Assembly (NCBI GenBank): GCA_934772525.1
Contig: CAKVMI010000003.1
Location: 158,418-222,417 of the forward strand
Direction of reading: 5' to 3'
DNA length: 64,000 nt
Source of the DNA: an uncultured Clostridia bacterium
Lineage (GTDB): Bacteria; Bacillota; Clostridia; Christensenellales; UBA1242
Shown here: one piece after another, positions 29,001 through 38,431 of the stretch
Layout of the letters: the number at the start of each line of letters is the position of its first letter
Position numbering within the stretch: the first letter of the stretch is position 1
Translations under genes and position numbers: made by a program
Notes under the pieces: model-generated
What the model saw: only the letters and a program-made list of their open reading frames with translations
Database searches by the model: none
Told to the model about the DNA's origin: nothing

Positions 29001-29277
29001 AATATCTTTTAAGGATTTGCATTAATTTGCAAGTCTTTTTTTTAATTTTTTGGTTAAGTTTAAAGTTAGTTTTCAACTTTTAATGTTAAAAAATTATTTT
29101 TGTTTTAATAAATTTTTGTTATGAAATCATAACAATATTTCTAATTTTGTTTGTAAAATATTTTGCGAATAGTTATTTTAAGAGTGCTTAATTTAAAAGG
29201 ATTTAAGACGTGTTTAATTTGTGAAAACTTTGTAAATTTGCCGTGAAACAAATTGCATTTTTTATATTTATTTTTAA

Positions 29278-29293
29278 TGTTTCACGTGAAACA
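29278..29293. promoter_or_regulatory. parS site 1 (TGTTTCACGTGAAACA)
   Basis: Exact palindromic match to the ParB/Spo0J parS consensus. Confidence 0.85.
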
Positions 29294-29567
29294 TTTTTCA
29301 ACACCAATGTTGAAAACTCGTGAAATTAATTTTGTTAATTTGGTCGATTGTACGGGATTTCATTTTACATTTTTTGTTCTGTTTTTTGAATATGCGATTT
29401 TTAACAATTTTGGGTTGGTGTTATATTTGTTAATTTTTAGGTTTTTACGTTTAGAATATTTTGTATTCGGGTATCATGGTTGCTATTTTTTGTTTTCGAT
29501 TTTTAACTATGATACTCTATTCACTAGAAGCCTTTTTATATTTTTTGATTGTTTATATTCTTACCAT

Positions 29568-29583
29568 TGTTTCACGTGAAACA
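29568..29583. promoter_or_regulatory. parS site 2
   Basis: Identical 16-mer. Confidence 0.85.
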
Positions 29584-29843
29584 TTTTTTATTTTATGATT
29601 ACTTTATGTATTGCATCAATTTTATTTATGGTGCATATTTAAGATTCATATTATCTACAAGGGCAATGATTTTTATTTTGTGGTTTGCGTGTGCTTATAA
29701 TTACAAAAACTTGATAAAAAATGTATTATAAGTTTTGCAAGAGTGTTTATTTATCTTATTAAATATAATTTAATACTTAAAACACATACAGAATGTTAAA
29801 ATTTGTAATTTATTGTATTTATTAAATAATATATTAGTTAAAA

Positions 29844-29859
29844 TGTTTCACGTGAAACA
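29844..29859. promoter_or_regulatory. parS site 3
   Basis: Identical 16-mer. Confidence 0.85.
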
Positions 29860-30030
29860 TTTTTTTGTTTAAAACTACGTTTATTGTTTTGTAACTATAG
29901 TTATTTATCTTATTTGAAACTAATTAGTACATATTGGTATTATTATTTACTATAATTCATCTGGTGAAAATTTTTTATGTAATATAAATATATCCTATCT
30001 AATTGTTAATAACTTAATATACTTCTGTAA

Positions 30031-30046
30031 TGTTTCACGTGAAACA
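30031..30046. promoter_or_regulatory. parS site 4
   Basis: Identical 16-mer. Confidence 0.85.
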
Positions 30047-30304
30047 TTTATTACTTTCCTTCTATCGTTTATTAAGTAAGTTGCAGGCAAAAGCCACAAA
30101 ACCAATTAAATACTGGCTTATCTAGTGATAATATCACGCTAGGGAAGTAGTATTTACTTCAGAAAAGTATTACTATAAACGAATTTAAAAACGTCATTAA
30201 AAACAATATTAATTTAATTACCCGTAGAAAACACGCAAGTATTTAATGTAGAATACTATTACATTTATGTTATATCAGCACAATATTATCTAAGGTACCC
30301 ATAA

Positions 30305-30320
30305 TGTTTCACGTGAAACA
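30305..30320. promoter_or_regulatory. parS site 5
   Basis: Identical 16-mer. Confidence 0.85.
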
Positions 30321-30492
30321 TTATCTATAATATGTATTAATTCTATTGCACCAGACAACAACTATACGGGTAGCCGATACCTAATGACACAAATTAATAA
30401 ACATCATACCCAAGCCATATAGCATGATAACAATGCATACGCTCAAAGGTAAAACTAGCTATGGCAACAGTCACTCAATTGATAAATGTAAA

Positions 30493-30508
30493 TGTTTCAC
30501 GTGAAACA
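30493..30508. promoter_or_regulatory. parS site 6
   Basis: Identical 16-mer. Confidence 0.85.
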
Positions 30509-30610
30509 TTTGTATTGCAAATTCAGAAAAAAATAGTGCAAGTATATTCTAAAATAAGCATCTGCACCCACATTTTTATTGGTAAAATATGCACAATCGC
30601 AAGTTTACAA

Positions 30611-30632
30611 TTGTCGAACATATGTTCGACAA
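30611..30632. promoter_or_regulatory. perfect 22-bp palindrome containing a LexA (Cheo/DinR) box, CGAACATATGTTCG
   Basis: TTGTCGAACATATGTTCGACAA. The core matches the Gram-positive SOS box CGAACN4GTTCG. Each half also reads as a Spo0A-type TGTCGAA. Confidence 0.5.
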
Positions 30633-30918
30633 AGCCGAATTGGGAAGTTTACGCTGTTCGGTCGATAAATTATTCATAAGGCATATTACTTGCCAAAAAC
30701 GGGCAAATTTGGGGCTATTTCATTTTTGATATATTTTGCGAATAGTTTATAAATTTTAGTCGTTTGTTCCTAAAAATTTTCTGTTCGAGCAAAAAATCTT
30801 TATCGCACAACAAAAATATTTGTCAACAAATTTAAAAATTTTTATTTTTCGGTATTGAAATTTTTTACAAAATGTGTTAATATTACCACCACAATTAAAT
30901 TAAGGGGGACAATTTAAA

Positions 30919-31764
30919 TTGGAAAATAATAACTATACGGTTGAAGACCGTTTAATAAAATATAACAATTCGGTTTTCCGCAACAGTATAAAGGTTGGAT
31001 TTGCTAACTTAAAAATAAAAAACGCCGGGACTTTACACAATTTAAAGAATAAAATTTTAACACCATTCTGTGGCAATGAATCTATTGAAGCAAAATCTGC
31101 AAGCGAAAGATATAAAGCCTATCAAGAAAATTATCTAAATAAACTTGGTGGCAAAAAAGGTGTTGCAAACCTTACACATAACGAGTCTAGAGGGAAAGAC
31201 CTGGTAACCGAATCAATTTTATTAATGCATAACGAAATTCCATATCTAGTTAGCAAAACTACAAAAGTCTTTTATGACCCAGAACACCCAAATATATATA
31301 GTGAAAAGGTTATCCGAACCTATCGTGGGCTTATGACAACCAAATTTGGCCGTTTTCAGTATTTTGATATAGAGCGAACCGACCACACACTTTTTTATTT
31401 CGATAAGTCAGTTAGTTCATTTGCAAACTTTAAAGTGTACACGGATATTTCCTCTACAAAACTAATTTTAGGTAAAAAGCATTTTAGAGCAACTTACGAT
31501 AACCAACTTTCTTCTAAAACTAATTATTTTGAAGCAAATAAAGATACCTGCCTGCAAGCGTACAATAGCGAAGTTGGTTTGAATGGAAAAATTGAAAGCG
31601 TTAAAAACAGCTTACAAAAACAATTTGAAAGCACTCTAGTAAAAGCGGAAGACGTAGAAATTACCAATACGTTAGAGCAACTAATTGCAAAAGAATTAAA
31701 TAGAAATTCAGCCACTTTAGAAACCAACAATAATCTGTCTTCAATTATTAACCCAGAAATATAG
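30919..31764 (+). CDS. hypothetical 281-aa protein (TTG start)
   Basis: Upstream lie a TTGAAA-17-TAATAT promoter-like element (about 30856-30884) and an AAGGGGGA RBS. No motif was recognised. Confidence 0.5.
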   Translation: MENNNYTVEDRLIKYNNSVFRNSIKVGFANLKIKNAGTLHNLKNKILTPFCGNESIEAKSASERYKAYQENYLNKLGGKKGVANLTHNESRGKDLVTESILLMHNEIPYLVSKTTKVFYDPEHPNIYSEKVIRTYRGLMTTKFGRFQYFDIERTDHTLFYFDKSVSSFANFKVYTDISSTKLILGKKHFRATYDNQLSSKTNYFEANKDTCLQAYNSEVGLNGKIESVKNSLQKQFESTLVKAEDVEITNTLEQLIAKELNRNSATLETNNNLSSIINPEI

Positions 31765-31768
31765 CAAG

Positions 31769-31802
31769 GTTTTTAACAATTTACTAAAAACTTGTTAAAA
31801 AC
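31769..31802. repeat. perfect 11-bp inverted repeat GTTTTTAACAA-N12-TTGTTAAAAAC
   Basis: Read directly; it lies just after the stop of the 30919 gene. Confidence 0.7.
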
Positions 31803-32118
31803 ACTTTAGCACACAGAATACTTTAATCAATTTAAATAGAATCAAAAAATAAAATAGGAAGAAATCAATATTTTCTTCCTATTTATTTTATTTAAAGTGA
31901 AAAAAATTTATTTATCAAAGATATAAAAATTTTTCGATTCAATTTGTTTTCGTAATTTTATAAGGTATTATATAATTAAATTAAATAAAACACATCTTTT
32001 CAACAACCAAAAAAAGTGTCTTTAAATGGTGTGATTTAATTATTGGCATACCTATAACCATCTGGGACATTGCTTATTTGGGACACCAATCATACAACTA
32101 TATTATAAGGATTTATGT

Positions 32119-32541
32119 ATGAGCGTATATTATGTAATAGGAAGCGATTCCGAAATTAAAAATATTGATAAACTAAATTTGGGATTCGAAAAAACTACAA
32201 ACTTAAAAAACTATATTACAAATTGTGATTTTAACAAAAAGTTCTATTATGTTTCTGACCCTGTTTTATTTGAACTAGGTTTCGACATAAAAAATCTTAA
32301 TAATTTTTATGTTGATGAAAACAAAAATAGAATGATTAACTTTATTGATTTTTTAAAGACTAACATAAATAATAGTTCGATAGAATTTTATAAATTTTGG
32401 TCAATTTTTAATGGAACAGAAAAGACTGGAAACGACGTAAATTATATATATCAAGAGATTTCATATAACTTAAAAGACTTCCGTCTTCCAGATGATAAAT
32501 TCCAATTTGACTTTAATACTAAATATATTTTTTATCTCTAA
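32119..32541 (+). CDS. hypothetical 140-aa protein
   Basis: Intact ORF with an AAGGA RBS. It is N/K/F-rich and no motif was recognised. Confidence 0.5.
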   Translation: MSVYYVIGSDSEIKNIDKLNLGFEKTTNLKNYITNCDFNKKFYYVSDPVLFELGFDIKNLNNFYVDENKNRMINFIDFLKTNINNSSIEFYKFWSIFNGTEKTGNDVNYIYQEISYNLKDFRLPDDKFQFDFNTKYIFYL

Positions 32542-32556
32542 AATATTATTCCAACA

Positions 32557-32597
32557 AAAACACCGCCTATATTGCTTAAATTTAGGTGGTGTTTTAA
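32557..32597. terminator. bidirectional terminator between the 32119 gene and parB
   Basis: AAACACCGCCTA...TAGGTGGTGTTT stem. Confidence 0.6.
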
Positions 32598-32630
32598 TTT
32601 TTCTATGAAACTTAATTATTTTGGTTAATT

Positions 32631-33644
32631 CTATCTATGTAAAATATTATAAATTCTATCTAGGTCATCCTTTGAATAGTATTCAATAATAATTTTACCT
32701 TTGCGGTCGTTTCCTTGAATAGATGCCTTTGTAGAGAACATCCTTTGAAGTTGAGTGGTAAAATCTTGCAATTCTAAACTTTGTACATAGGATGCTTTTC
32801 TTTTTGGAACTTGGTTTGTGCTTATCATATTTTGAATATACTTTTCTAGTTCTCTTACACTTGCCTTGCTTTGAACCGCCATAAGGGCTGTTTTTAACTG
32901 CAATTCACGGTCTTCTATTCCTACAAGGACTTTACCATGTCCGGCAGTTAACTCGCCTCTTTCGATCATTTTTACAATCTCCGGGCGAAGCGCTAAAAGT
33001 CTTAATGTGTTTGTAACTGCCGTACGGCTTTTGCCAATTTTTTCAGCAATTTCTTCTTGAGTTAAATTAAATCTTTCTACCAATTCTTTTATTGCAAATG
33101 CTGATTCTATAGGGTTTAAGTCTTCTCTTTGAAGGTTTTCAATTAAAGAGATTTCGGCAATTTCTTGTTCGGTGTATCTCTTAATAATTGCGGGAATAGT
33201 TTTTAGTCCTGCAAGTTTACTTGCTCTAAAACGTCTTTCACCTGAAACTATCATATACCTATCGCCCTTTTTAACAAGAATAATAGGTTGAATAACGCCA
33301 TGTGCTTTTATGCTTTGTGCAAGTTCATTAAGTGCATTTTCATTAAAGTTTTTACGAGGTTGTCCGATATTTCGGTCAATTAGTCCTAGTGGAATTTCTC
33401 GTGGGGTAGGGTCGCCTGGCACTTCAACAATTTTTTCTACAATCTTTTCTACCGGCTTCTCTACAATCTTTTCAACTATTTTTTCTACTGGCTTTTCTAC
33501 AATCTTTTCCACAACCTTTGGCTCGGTAGCAACCGAACTAGTCTTTGCTGGGGTTTCTTTTTTAGGGGTCATAACCAAATCTTCTGGTTCGTCATCAATA
33601 CCACCAAATAGTGCATCAAGCCCCCTTCCTAAACGTGAACTCAT
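32631..33644 (-). CDS. parB: chromosome partitioning protein ParB/Spo0J with an (EKIV/EKPV)n repeat insertion
   Basis: N-terminal LGRGLDALF, ParB box GERRFRAS and an HTH (QEEIAEKIGKSRTAVTN). Residues 44-74 are VEKIVEKPVEKIVEKIVEKPVEKIVEKIVE. Confidence 0.9.
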   Translation of the reverse strand: MSSRLGRGLDALFGGIDDEPEDLVMTPKKETPAKTSSVATEPKVVEKIVEKPVEKIVEKIVEKPVEKIVEKIVEVPGDPTPREIPLGLIDRNIGQPRKNFNENALNELAQSIKAHGVIQPIILVKKGDRYMIVSGERRFRASKLAGLKTIPAIIKRYTEQEIAEISLIENLQREDLNPIESAFAIKELVERFNLTQEEIAEKIGKSRTAVTNTLRLLALRPEIVKMIERGELTAGHGKVLVGIEDRELQLKTALMAVQSKASVRELEKYIQNMISTNQVPKRKASYVQSLELQDFTTQLQRMFSTKASIQGNDRKGKIIIEYYSKDDLDRIYNILHR

Positions 33645-34456
33645 TATTTCTTAGCCCTCCTTTTATCATCTACAGCTGGCTTTTTGTAAGCAATTCCATT
33701 TTTTGTAAGAATTTCTTCGGCAAGACTCATATAAGACTTAGCACCTACGCAAGATTTATCGTACATGCAAATAGGAAGTCCGTGGCTTGGCGCTTCGGCT
33801 AAACGAATGTTACGTGGAATAGTAGTTTCATAAACGCTATTTGTAAAATGCTTTTTAATTTCGGCTGAAACTTGTTGACCCAAACTTGAACGATTATCCT
33901 TCATTGTAAGCAATACACCTTCAATTTGAATATCTGGGTTAAGTTTTTTCTTAATTAGTCTAATGGTATTCATTAGTTGACTTAAACCTTCTAGTGCGAA
34001 GAATTCACATTGGATAGGTATTAAAACCGAATCGGCACTAGTTAATGCGTTAATTGTTAAAAGCCCAAGAGATGGTGGACAGTCTATTGTAATAAAATCA
34101 TAACTGTCTCGTACCTTATCTAATAATCTTTTAATAATTTTCTCACGAGATTCCATATAAACCATTTCAACTTCAGCACCGGCAAGTTCGTTGTTTGCTG
34201 GAAGGATATCAAACCCTTCTATTGGCGAATGTTGAATAACTTCTTCTATGGTAGCATCTCCAACTATCAAATCATAAACCGACTTCATATCGGCATTTTT
34301 TCTAACCCCAACACCACTACTGGCATTTCCTTGTGGGTCAATATCAATCAGCAAGACCTTTTTGCCAAGACTTGCAAGGGAAGCGGAAGTGTTTACACAA
34401 CTAGTTGTTTTGCCAACTCCGCCCTTTTGGTTCGCAAATGCGATTATCTTTCCCAT
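33644..34456 (-). CDS. parA: ParA/Soj partition ATPase
   Basis: Deviant Walker A NQKGGVGKTT. Its stop overlaps the parB start (TAATG). Confidence 0.9.
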   Translation of the reverse strand: MGKIIAFANQKGGVGKTTSCVNTSASLASLGKKVLLIDIDPQGNASSGVGVRKNADMKSVYDLIVGDATIEEVIQHSPIEGFDILPANNELAGAEVEMVYMESREKIIKRLLDKVRDSYDFITIDCPPSLGLLTINALTSADSVLIPIQCEFFALEGLSQLMNTIRLIKKKLNPDIQIEGVLLTMKDNRSSLGQQVSAEIKKHFTNSVYETTIPRNIRLAEAPSHGLPICMYDKSCVGAKSYMSLAEEILTKNGIAYKKPAVDDKRRAKK

Positions 34457-34803
34457 TTTCTGCTCCTTAACTTAGTAATTTATATTAATATTATAACAAA
34501 CTAAACCAGCACCGCCAACAGTTTAAACAAATCTTTTTGAAAAAACGCAAAATTTTTTTGCTTTTAATTTTGTTTTATCATAAATTTAACAAAAAATTGG
34601 TAATTGATTTACATTTAAACTAACTTTTGGTATAATAATTCTGTTGAAACTAATAAACTGAAGGTTCATTTTAAGTATTTTTATTGTATCAAGGTTCATC
34701 TTTTGATACGCTAATCTTTGCTCACCTTGAAAAAATGTTTATATAAATTGAATCTTCCGCTTTACAAAAAATCTTCTACTAGTTTTAACAAAATAATTTT
34801 TAT

Positions 34804-34880
34804 GCTCTCGTAGTTCAACTGGATAGAGCGTTCGGCTTCGAACCGAAATGTTGCGGGTTCAAGTCCTGCCGAGAGCGCCA
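34804..34880 (+). tRNA. tRNA-Arg (anticodon UCG)
   Basis: Hand-folded cloverleaf: acceptor GCTCTCG/CGAGAGC, D stem GTTC/GAGC, anticodon stem TTCGG/CCGAA with loop CT-TCG-AA, T arm GCGGG-TTCAAGT-CCTGC, and an encoded CCA. Confidence 0.9.
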
Positions 34881-34925
34881 AGTAAACAAGCAGCCAAGAG
34901 CTGGCACATTTGAAACTATCGAAAT

Positions 34926-34966
34926 AAAAAAGGAACAATGCAAATTTTATGCAAAGTTCCTTTTTT
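34926..34966. terminator. bidirectional terminator after the tRNA and after the 370-aa gene
   Basis: AAAAAGGAAC...GTTCCTTTTT stem. Confidence 0.6.
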
Positions 34967-35018
34967 GATGGTTATAAAATTCATTAACTAGTGGAGCGTA
35001 TTTTTTGCTTTAGTTATT

Positions 35019-36131
35019 TTACAAATTCACTAAAATGCTTTTTACTCTTGGCATAAAGACATTATATATATTCACAAGTTCGTTTGTCACCTTTTCTACA
35101 TCAAGGTCAAAATCATAACTTGTTGTATTATAAAGTAGGTCATTTACTCGGCAAGAGCCTGTTTTCCTGTAATATTTTCCAAATCTGCCAATTCTTGTTG
35201 CTATTTTATTGTAATTTCTATCCCAAACAAGCTCATAACCAATTTGGTTTTCAATCTCGTTTTTCTGAAAATAAAGTCTTTCATAAATATTTTTTGCATC
35301 TGCACTCGGAAAGAAAACGCAAATATCTTTTAAATATCCGTTTACAACTCTTGCGTTTACCATAATCTTATTGAATGACAAATCGCTTGTTTTACGAATA
35401 TCAAAATGTTCACAATTATTTTTGTATTTTACAACAAAATCTGAGTAATTTATTTTAAAATATTCTGCTAATTTATTAAAGAAATCTCTTCTTATCTTTT
35501 CTTCATCACCTATTTCAGAAACTTTCATTTCTATTTCGGGACAAGTATTTTTCAATTTTGAAGAAACCACCATATTACGCGGATTTGTTTGAATATTATC
35601 CAAAGCTTCATTTTCCTTGTCGTAAATTTCTATGCCACAATCTTCATAGGCTTTTAGCGGATTTTCACGATGTTTCCTATATCCCAAAGCATTTAATTGT
35701 TTGTCTTCATCCTTTGTTATCCAACAAAGTCGTTGCATTGCGATAAGTTCTTTAATTTTTTCTACATCTAATTTACCTTCTTCACAAAGCTCAAGCAATT
35801 TAGTTTTGAAATCGAAAGCTGTCGTCATGTGTTCATCTACAAAATGTTGATGAACTACAATTCTTGTCCCGTCATTTGTTTTAACTGAACTCAACCAGTC
35901 ATAATCCCTTATGTCTTTGCCTGTCAAATTATAAAATTCGGTATAAGCTTTTACACTTGCCAAATGTTTTGGAAATTTTGATAAAACCCACTCGTCGTGA
36001 CTTGCCCTGTCAAATATCCACTTATTCGCAACTGTAGGATTGTGAACCATTGCTTGGGTATAATCTAGCAGCATCTTGCACCAAGTATCAAAATCCTTTT
36101 CCTTATCTTTAATTTTCTTATTGGTATTCAT
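35019..36131 (-). CDS. hypothetical 370-aa protein (C-terminal half DUF4268-like by eye)
   Basis: Intact ORF with a GGAGAAAA RBS. The N-terminal half has HQHFVDEH and CWITKDEDKQLN blocks of unclear meaning. Confidence 0.5.
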   Translation of the reverse strand: MNTNKKIKDKEKDFDTWCKMLLDYTQAMVHNPTVANKWIFDRASHDEWVLSKFPKHLASVKAYTEFYNLTGKDIRDYDWLSSVKTNDGTRIVVHQHFVDEHMTTAFDFKTKLLELCEEGKLDVEKIKELIAMQRLCWITKDEDKQLNALGYRKHRENPLKAYEDCGIEIYDKENEALDNIQTNPRNMVVSSKLKNTCPEIEMKVSEIGDEEKIRRDFFNKLAEYFKINYSDFVVKYKNNCEHFDIRKTSDLSFNKIMVNARVVNGYLKDICVFFPSADAKNIYERLYFQKNEIENQIGYELVWDRNYNKIATRIGRFGKYYRKTGSCRVNDLLYNTTSYDFDLDVEKVTNELVNIYNVFMPRVKSILVNL

Positions 36132-36269
36132 AATTTTTTCTCCTTTTTGTATATAAAATACACTATAAGGTATTTCGATGGATAATTTATATTTTTATTC
36201 AAAAAACTTAAACAGCAGGTCCCATAATAGCAAAATTCATAAATTATTTATCTTCATCAGACTTTATTT

Positions 36270-37073
36270 CTAATAAATCTTTATTGTTTGCATTGAGTGG
36301 GGAATTGCCTTTTTGCCGGTTTCTTCTTCAAACCTTTTTTGCATCACTAGCAACACTTCCACCACGACGAGCAATCTTCTTATTTTTTTCAAAAGTCTTT
36401 GTATTTTCTTGTTTTGAAATCGTTGTTGTAGTGACTTCTGCAAGTATATTAAGGACAAGTTCAATATTTGTCATATTGTCACGCAAATTTTCTTTTTTCA
36501 AGCCTTTTAATTGTTTGTATTCTTTCACACTCATTCCAGACCATGCCTTTGTCATTTCATTTGAGAGTATCGCATAATCTTTTTCTTTTGTTATACCATG
36601 ATTTTTCCATTCATCGGTAAGTTCTTTTCGCATTTCAATGGTTTGAAGTCTTTGATTTATCCAACCTTCTGTATATCCTTTTTCACGATAAAAATCTGCG
36701 CCACGAACAATCGCCTTTTCTGGATCGGCAATTTCATCAAGCCTTTCGCTACCAACTTGTGCAAGCCACATTTTAAAAGGTTCCACTTTCTTACTTGGAA
36801 TAGATTGAACAAGACGAAGTAAATCTTTTGTGTTGACAACATCGGTTAGTCTTGATTTGCCATCTTTCGCAATCATTCTCAACTGTCCGATTTTTTCGGG
36901 CAGTCCACTTCCTTCATCTTTTAATTTAATTTTTAAATCATTCCAATATTTTCTAGGTTGGACACTACCTATCAATGCTTCAATTACATCAACAGCAGAA
37001 AAATACCAATCTTCTTCCGTTTCATTCCATTGTGTTCTGATTTTTTATCTTCAAAAACCTTAATATTAGACAT
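36270..37073 (-). pseudogene. Bro-N / DinD-like (DNA-damage-inducible protein D family) gene disrupted by two homopolymer frameshifts
   Basis: The ATG at 37073 gives MSNIKVFEDKK and then leaves the frame at an A6 run (plus-strand T6, 37041-37046). Adding one A restores IRTQWNETEEDWYFSAVDVIEALIGSVQPRKYW, continuous with ORF 36328-36975. A second A6 run (36335-36340) truncates the C-terminal GGSVASDAK-RFEEETGKKAI tail. Confidence 0.65.
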
Positions 37074-37551
37074 ATTATTCTCCTATAAATAAATTATATC
37101 ACATAATTTAAAAATTCGCATTTATTTAGTTCAATAAAAATAAAATTGGCACCCTAGACTTGTTCTTGTCTTAATACAAGTCAGTGCCTCTACGCTTTGA
37201 TAGGCAAATACACACCTATCAACAAAAACCACTTTAACCATAATTGATTAAGTGCTTATATTTTATTAGTTTAAAACAGCATTAACAAAGGACTTCATTT
37301 ATTTACTAAAAAACCAGGACTCGCAGTTTAATGATATTGCATTGCAAGCCTTACCGGTCTTGGAGTGTATCTTTTTATTCAATTATAAGTTAAAGTAAAT
37401 ATTTTTTAATTTAATAAAATAAGAAATGGTTAAACAATCATGATTGGAATTTTTATTTTTCGCACCAGAGATTAAATTTTGTATTTGGTTGACAATCGGT
37501 AATTTTTTTTGATATTATAGGAAAGTAAAAATTTAATAATGGAGAAATTAT

Positions 37552-37992
37552 ATGAGTAATTTTGAAGAATTTAGTTATGTAATGATTAAGCCAACCTATC
37601 TTGACCACAAAGACGAAATCAAGAGCCGTCTAGAAACAATCGGCGGTTCAATTTTAGAAGAAAAGACCCTAAAGATGACCAAGGATAAATTAAAAGAGCA
37701 TTACGCTCACATTGCAGACAAGCCATTTTACCCAGAAGTAGAAGAGTATATGTTAAGTGGCGATTGCTATGCTATGCTAGTTGCAGGAAGTAACGGAATA
37801 ATCGCAAAAATTAGAGAAATTGTTGGGCCAACCAAAAACTCACCAAAGGGAACCATTCGTGGCGACTTTATGCACGAAAACGCAAACAGTTCTGCAAACG
37901 TAATTCACGCATCTGACGCTAGAGATACCGCTAACGCAGAAATTGAAAGATTTTTCGGGAGCGAAATTTTTAATCAATACCATAACAATTAG
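37552..37992 (+). CDS. ndk: nucleoside diphosphate kinase
   Basis: FSYVMIKP, GPTKNSPKGTIRGDF and the active-site NVIHASD. Confidence 0.9.
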   Translation: MSNFEEFSYVMIKPTYLDHKDEIKSRLETIGGSILEEKTLKMTKDKLKEHYAHIADKPFYPEVEEYMLSGDCYAMLVAGSNGIIAKIREIVGPTKNSPKGTIRGDFMHENANSSANVIHASDARDTANAEIERFFGSEIFNQYHNN

Positions 37993-37998
37993 TTTTTT

Positions 37999-38038
37999 AA
38001 CCACGCTTATGACTTTAGGTTTTTGGCGTGGTTTTTTG
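37999..38038 (+). terminator. ndk terminator
   Basis: AACCACGC...GCGTGGTT followed by TTTTT. Confidence 0.65.
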
Positions 38039-38431
38039 TTGGCAAATTGTTTATTTTACCAATATCCCAACTAAAAAAATTCAATATATTTCAATAAAGT
38101 TTGGTTCCACCTACTTTTCTAGACTAAACATTTTACAAAGGCAAGATGTGATTTAAAAAAGTTTACTGATTATATTTTTAGTGATAAGTATGCATGGAAT
38201 GGTAAAAAGGATTTATTTGAAAACGATAAAACAAAAATATTTTTAAACCGCTTTAAGGATACAAACAATTATTCGCTTCAACATAATGTTATTAATTAGT
38301 TTACTTCTAGCAATTCAAATGTTTATAATCTTACTAGCACTGAAAGAGAATAATTTAACGATTGTGTAAAAAGAATTTAAAACTACAAAAATTTATTATA
38401 CAAAAATCTTAATATATGATACAATAATCTT

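Noticed and set aside
29253-30679. ORF-track entries 29253-29579, 29549-29731 and 30461-30679 inside the parS desert.
   Set aside because: They are F/L/Y-rich translations of T-rich DNA. They have no RBS, each reads straight through a parS palindrome, and none resembles a protein family.
30690-30715. Copy of GCAAATTTGGGGCTA, shared with the 3' arm of the recF terminator (59795-59809).
   Set aside because: Only one arm is present at 30.7 kb, so no hairpin forms. It is probably a chance or relic match of 15 nt.
34881-34920. SRP-RNA-like motif AAGCAGCCAAG just after the tRNA.
   Set aside because: Only an 11-nt coincidence with the domain IV motif. There is no GGUCAGGUCCGGAAGG partner strand and no long helix.
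37170-37192. Possible attR direct repeat of the tRNA-Arg 3' end (CAAGTCAGTGCC versus CAAGTCCTGCC), which would bound the islet.
   Set aside because: The similarity covers only about 12 nt with mismatches and is part of a local hairpin. No integrase or second boundary feature supports it.
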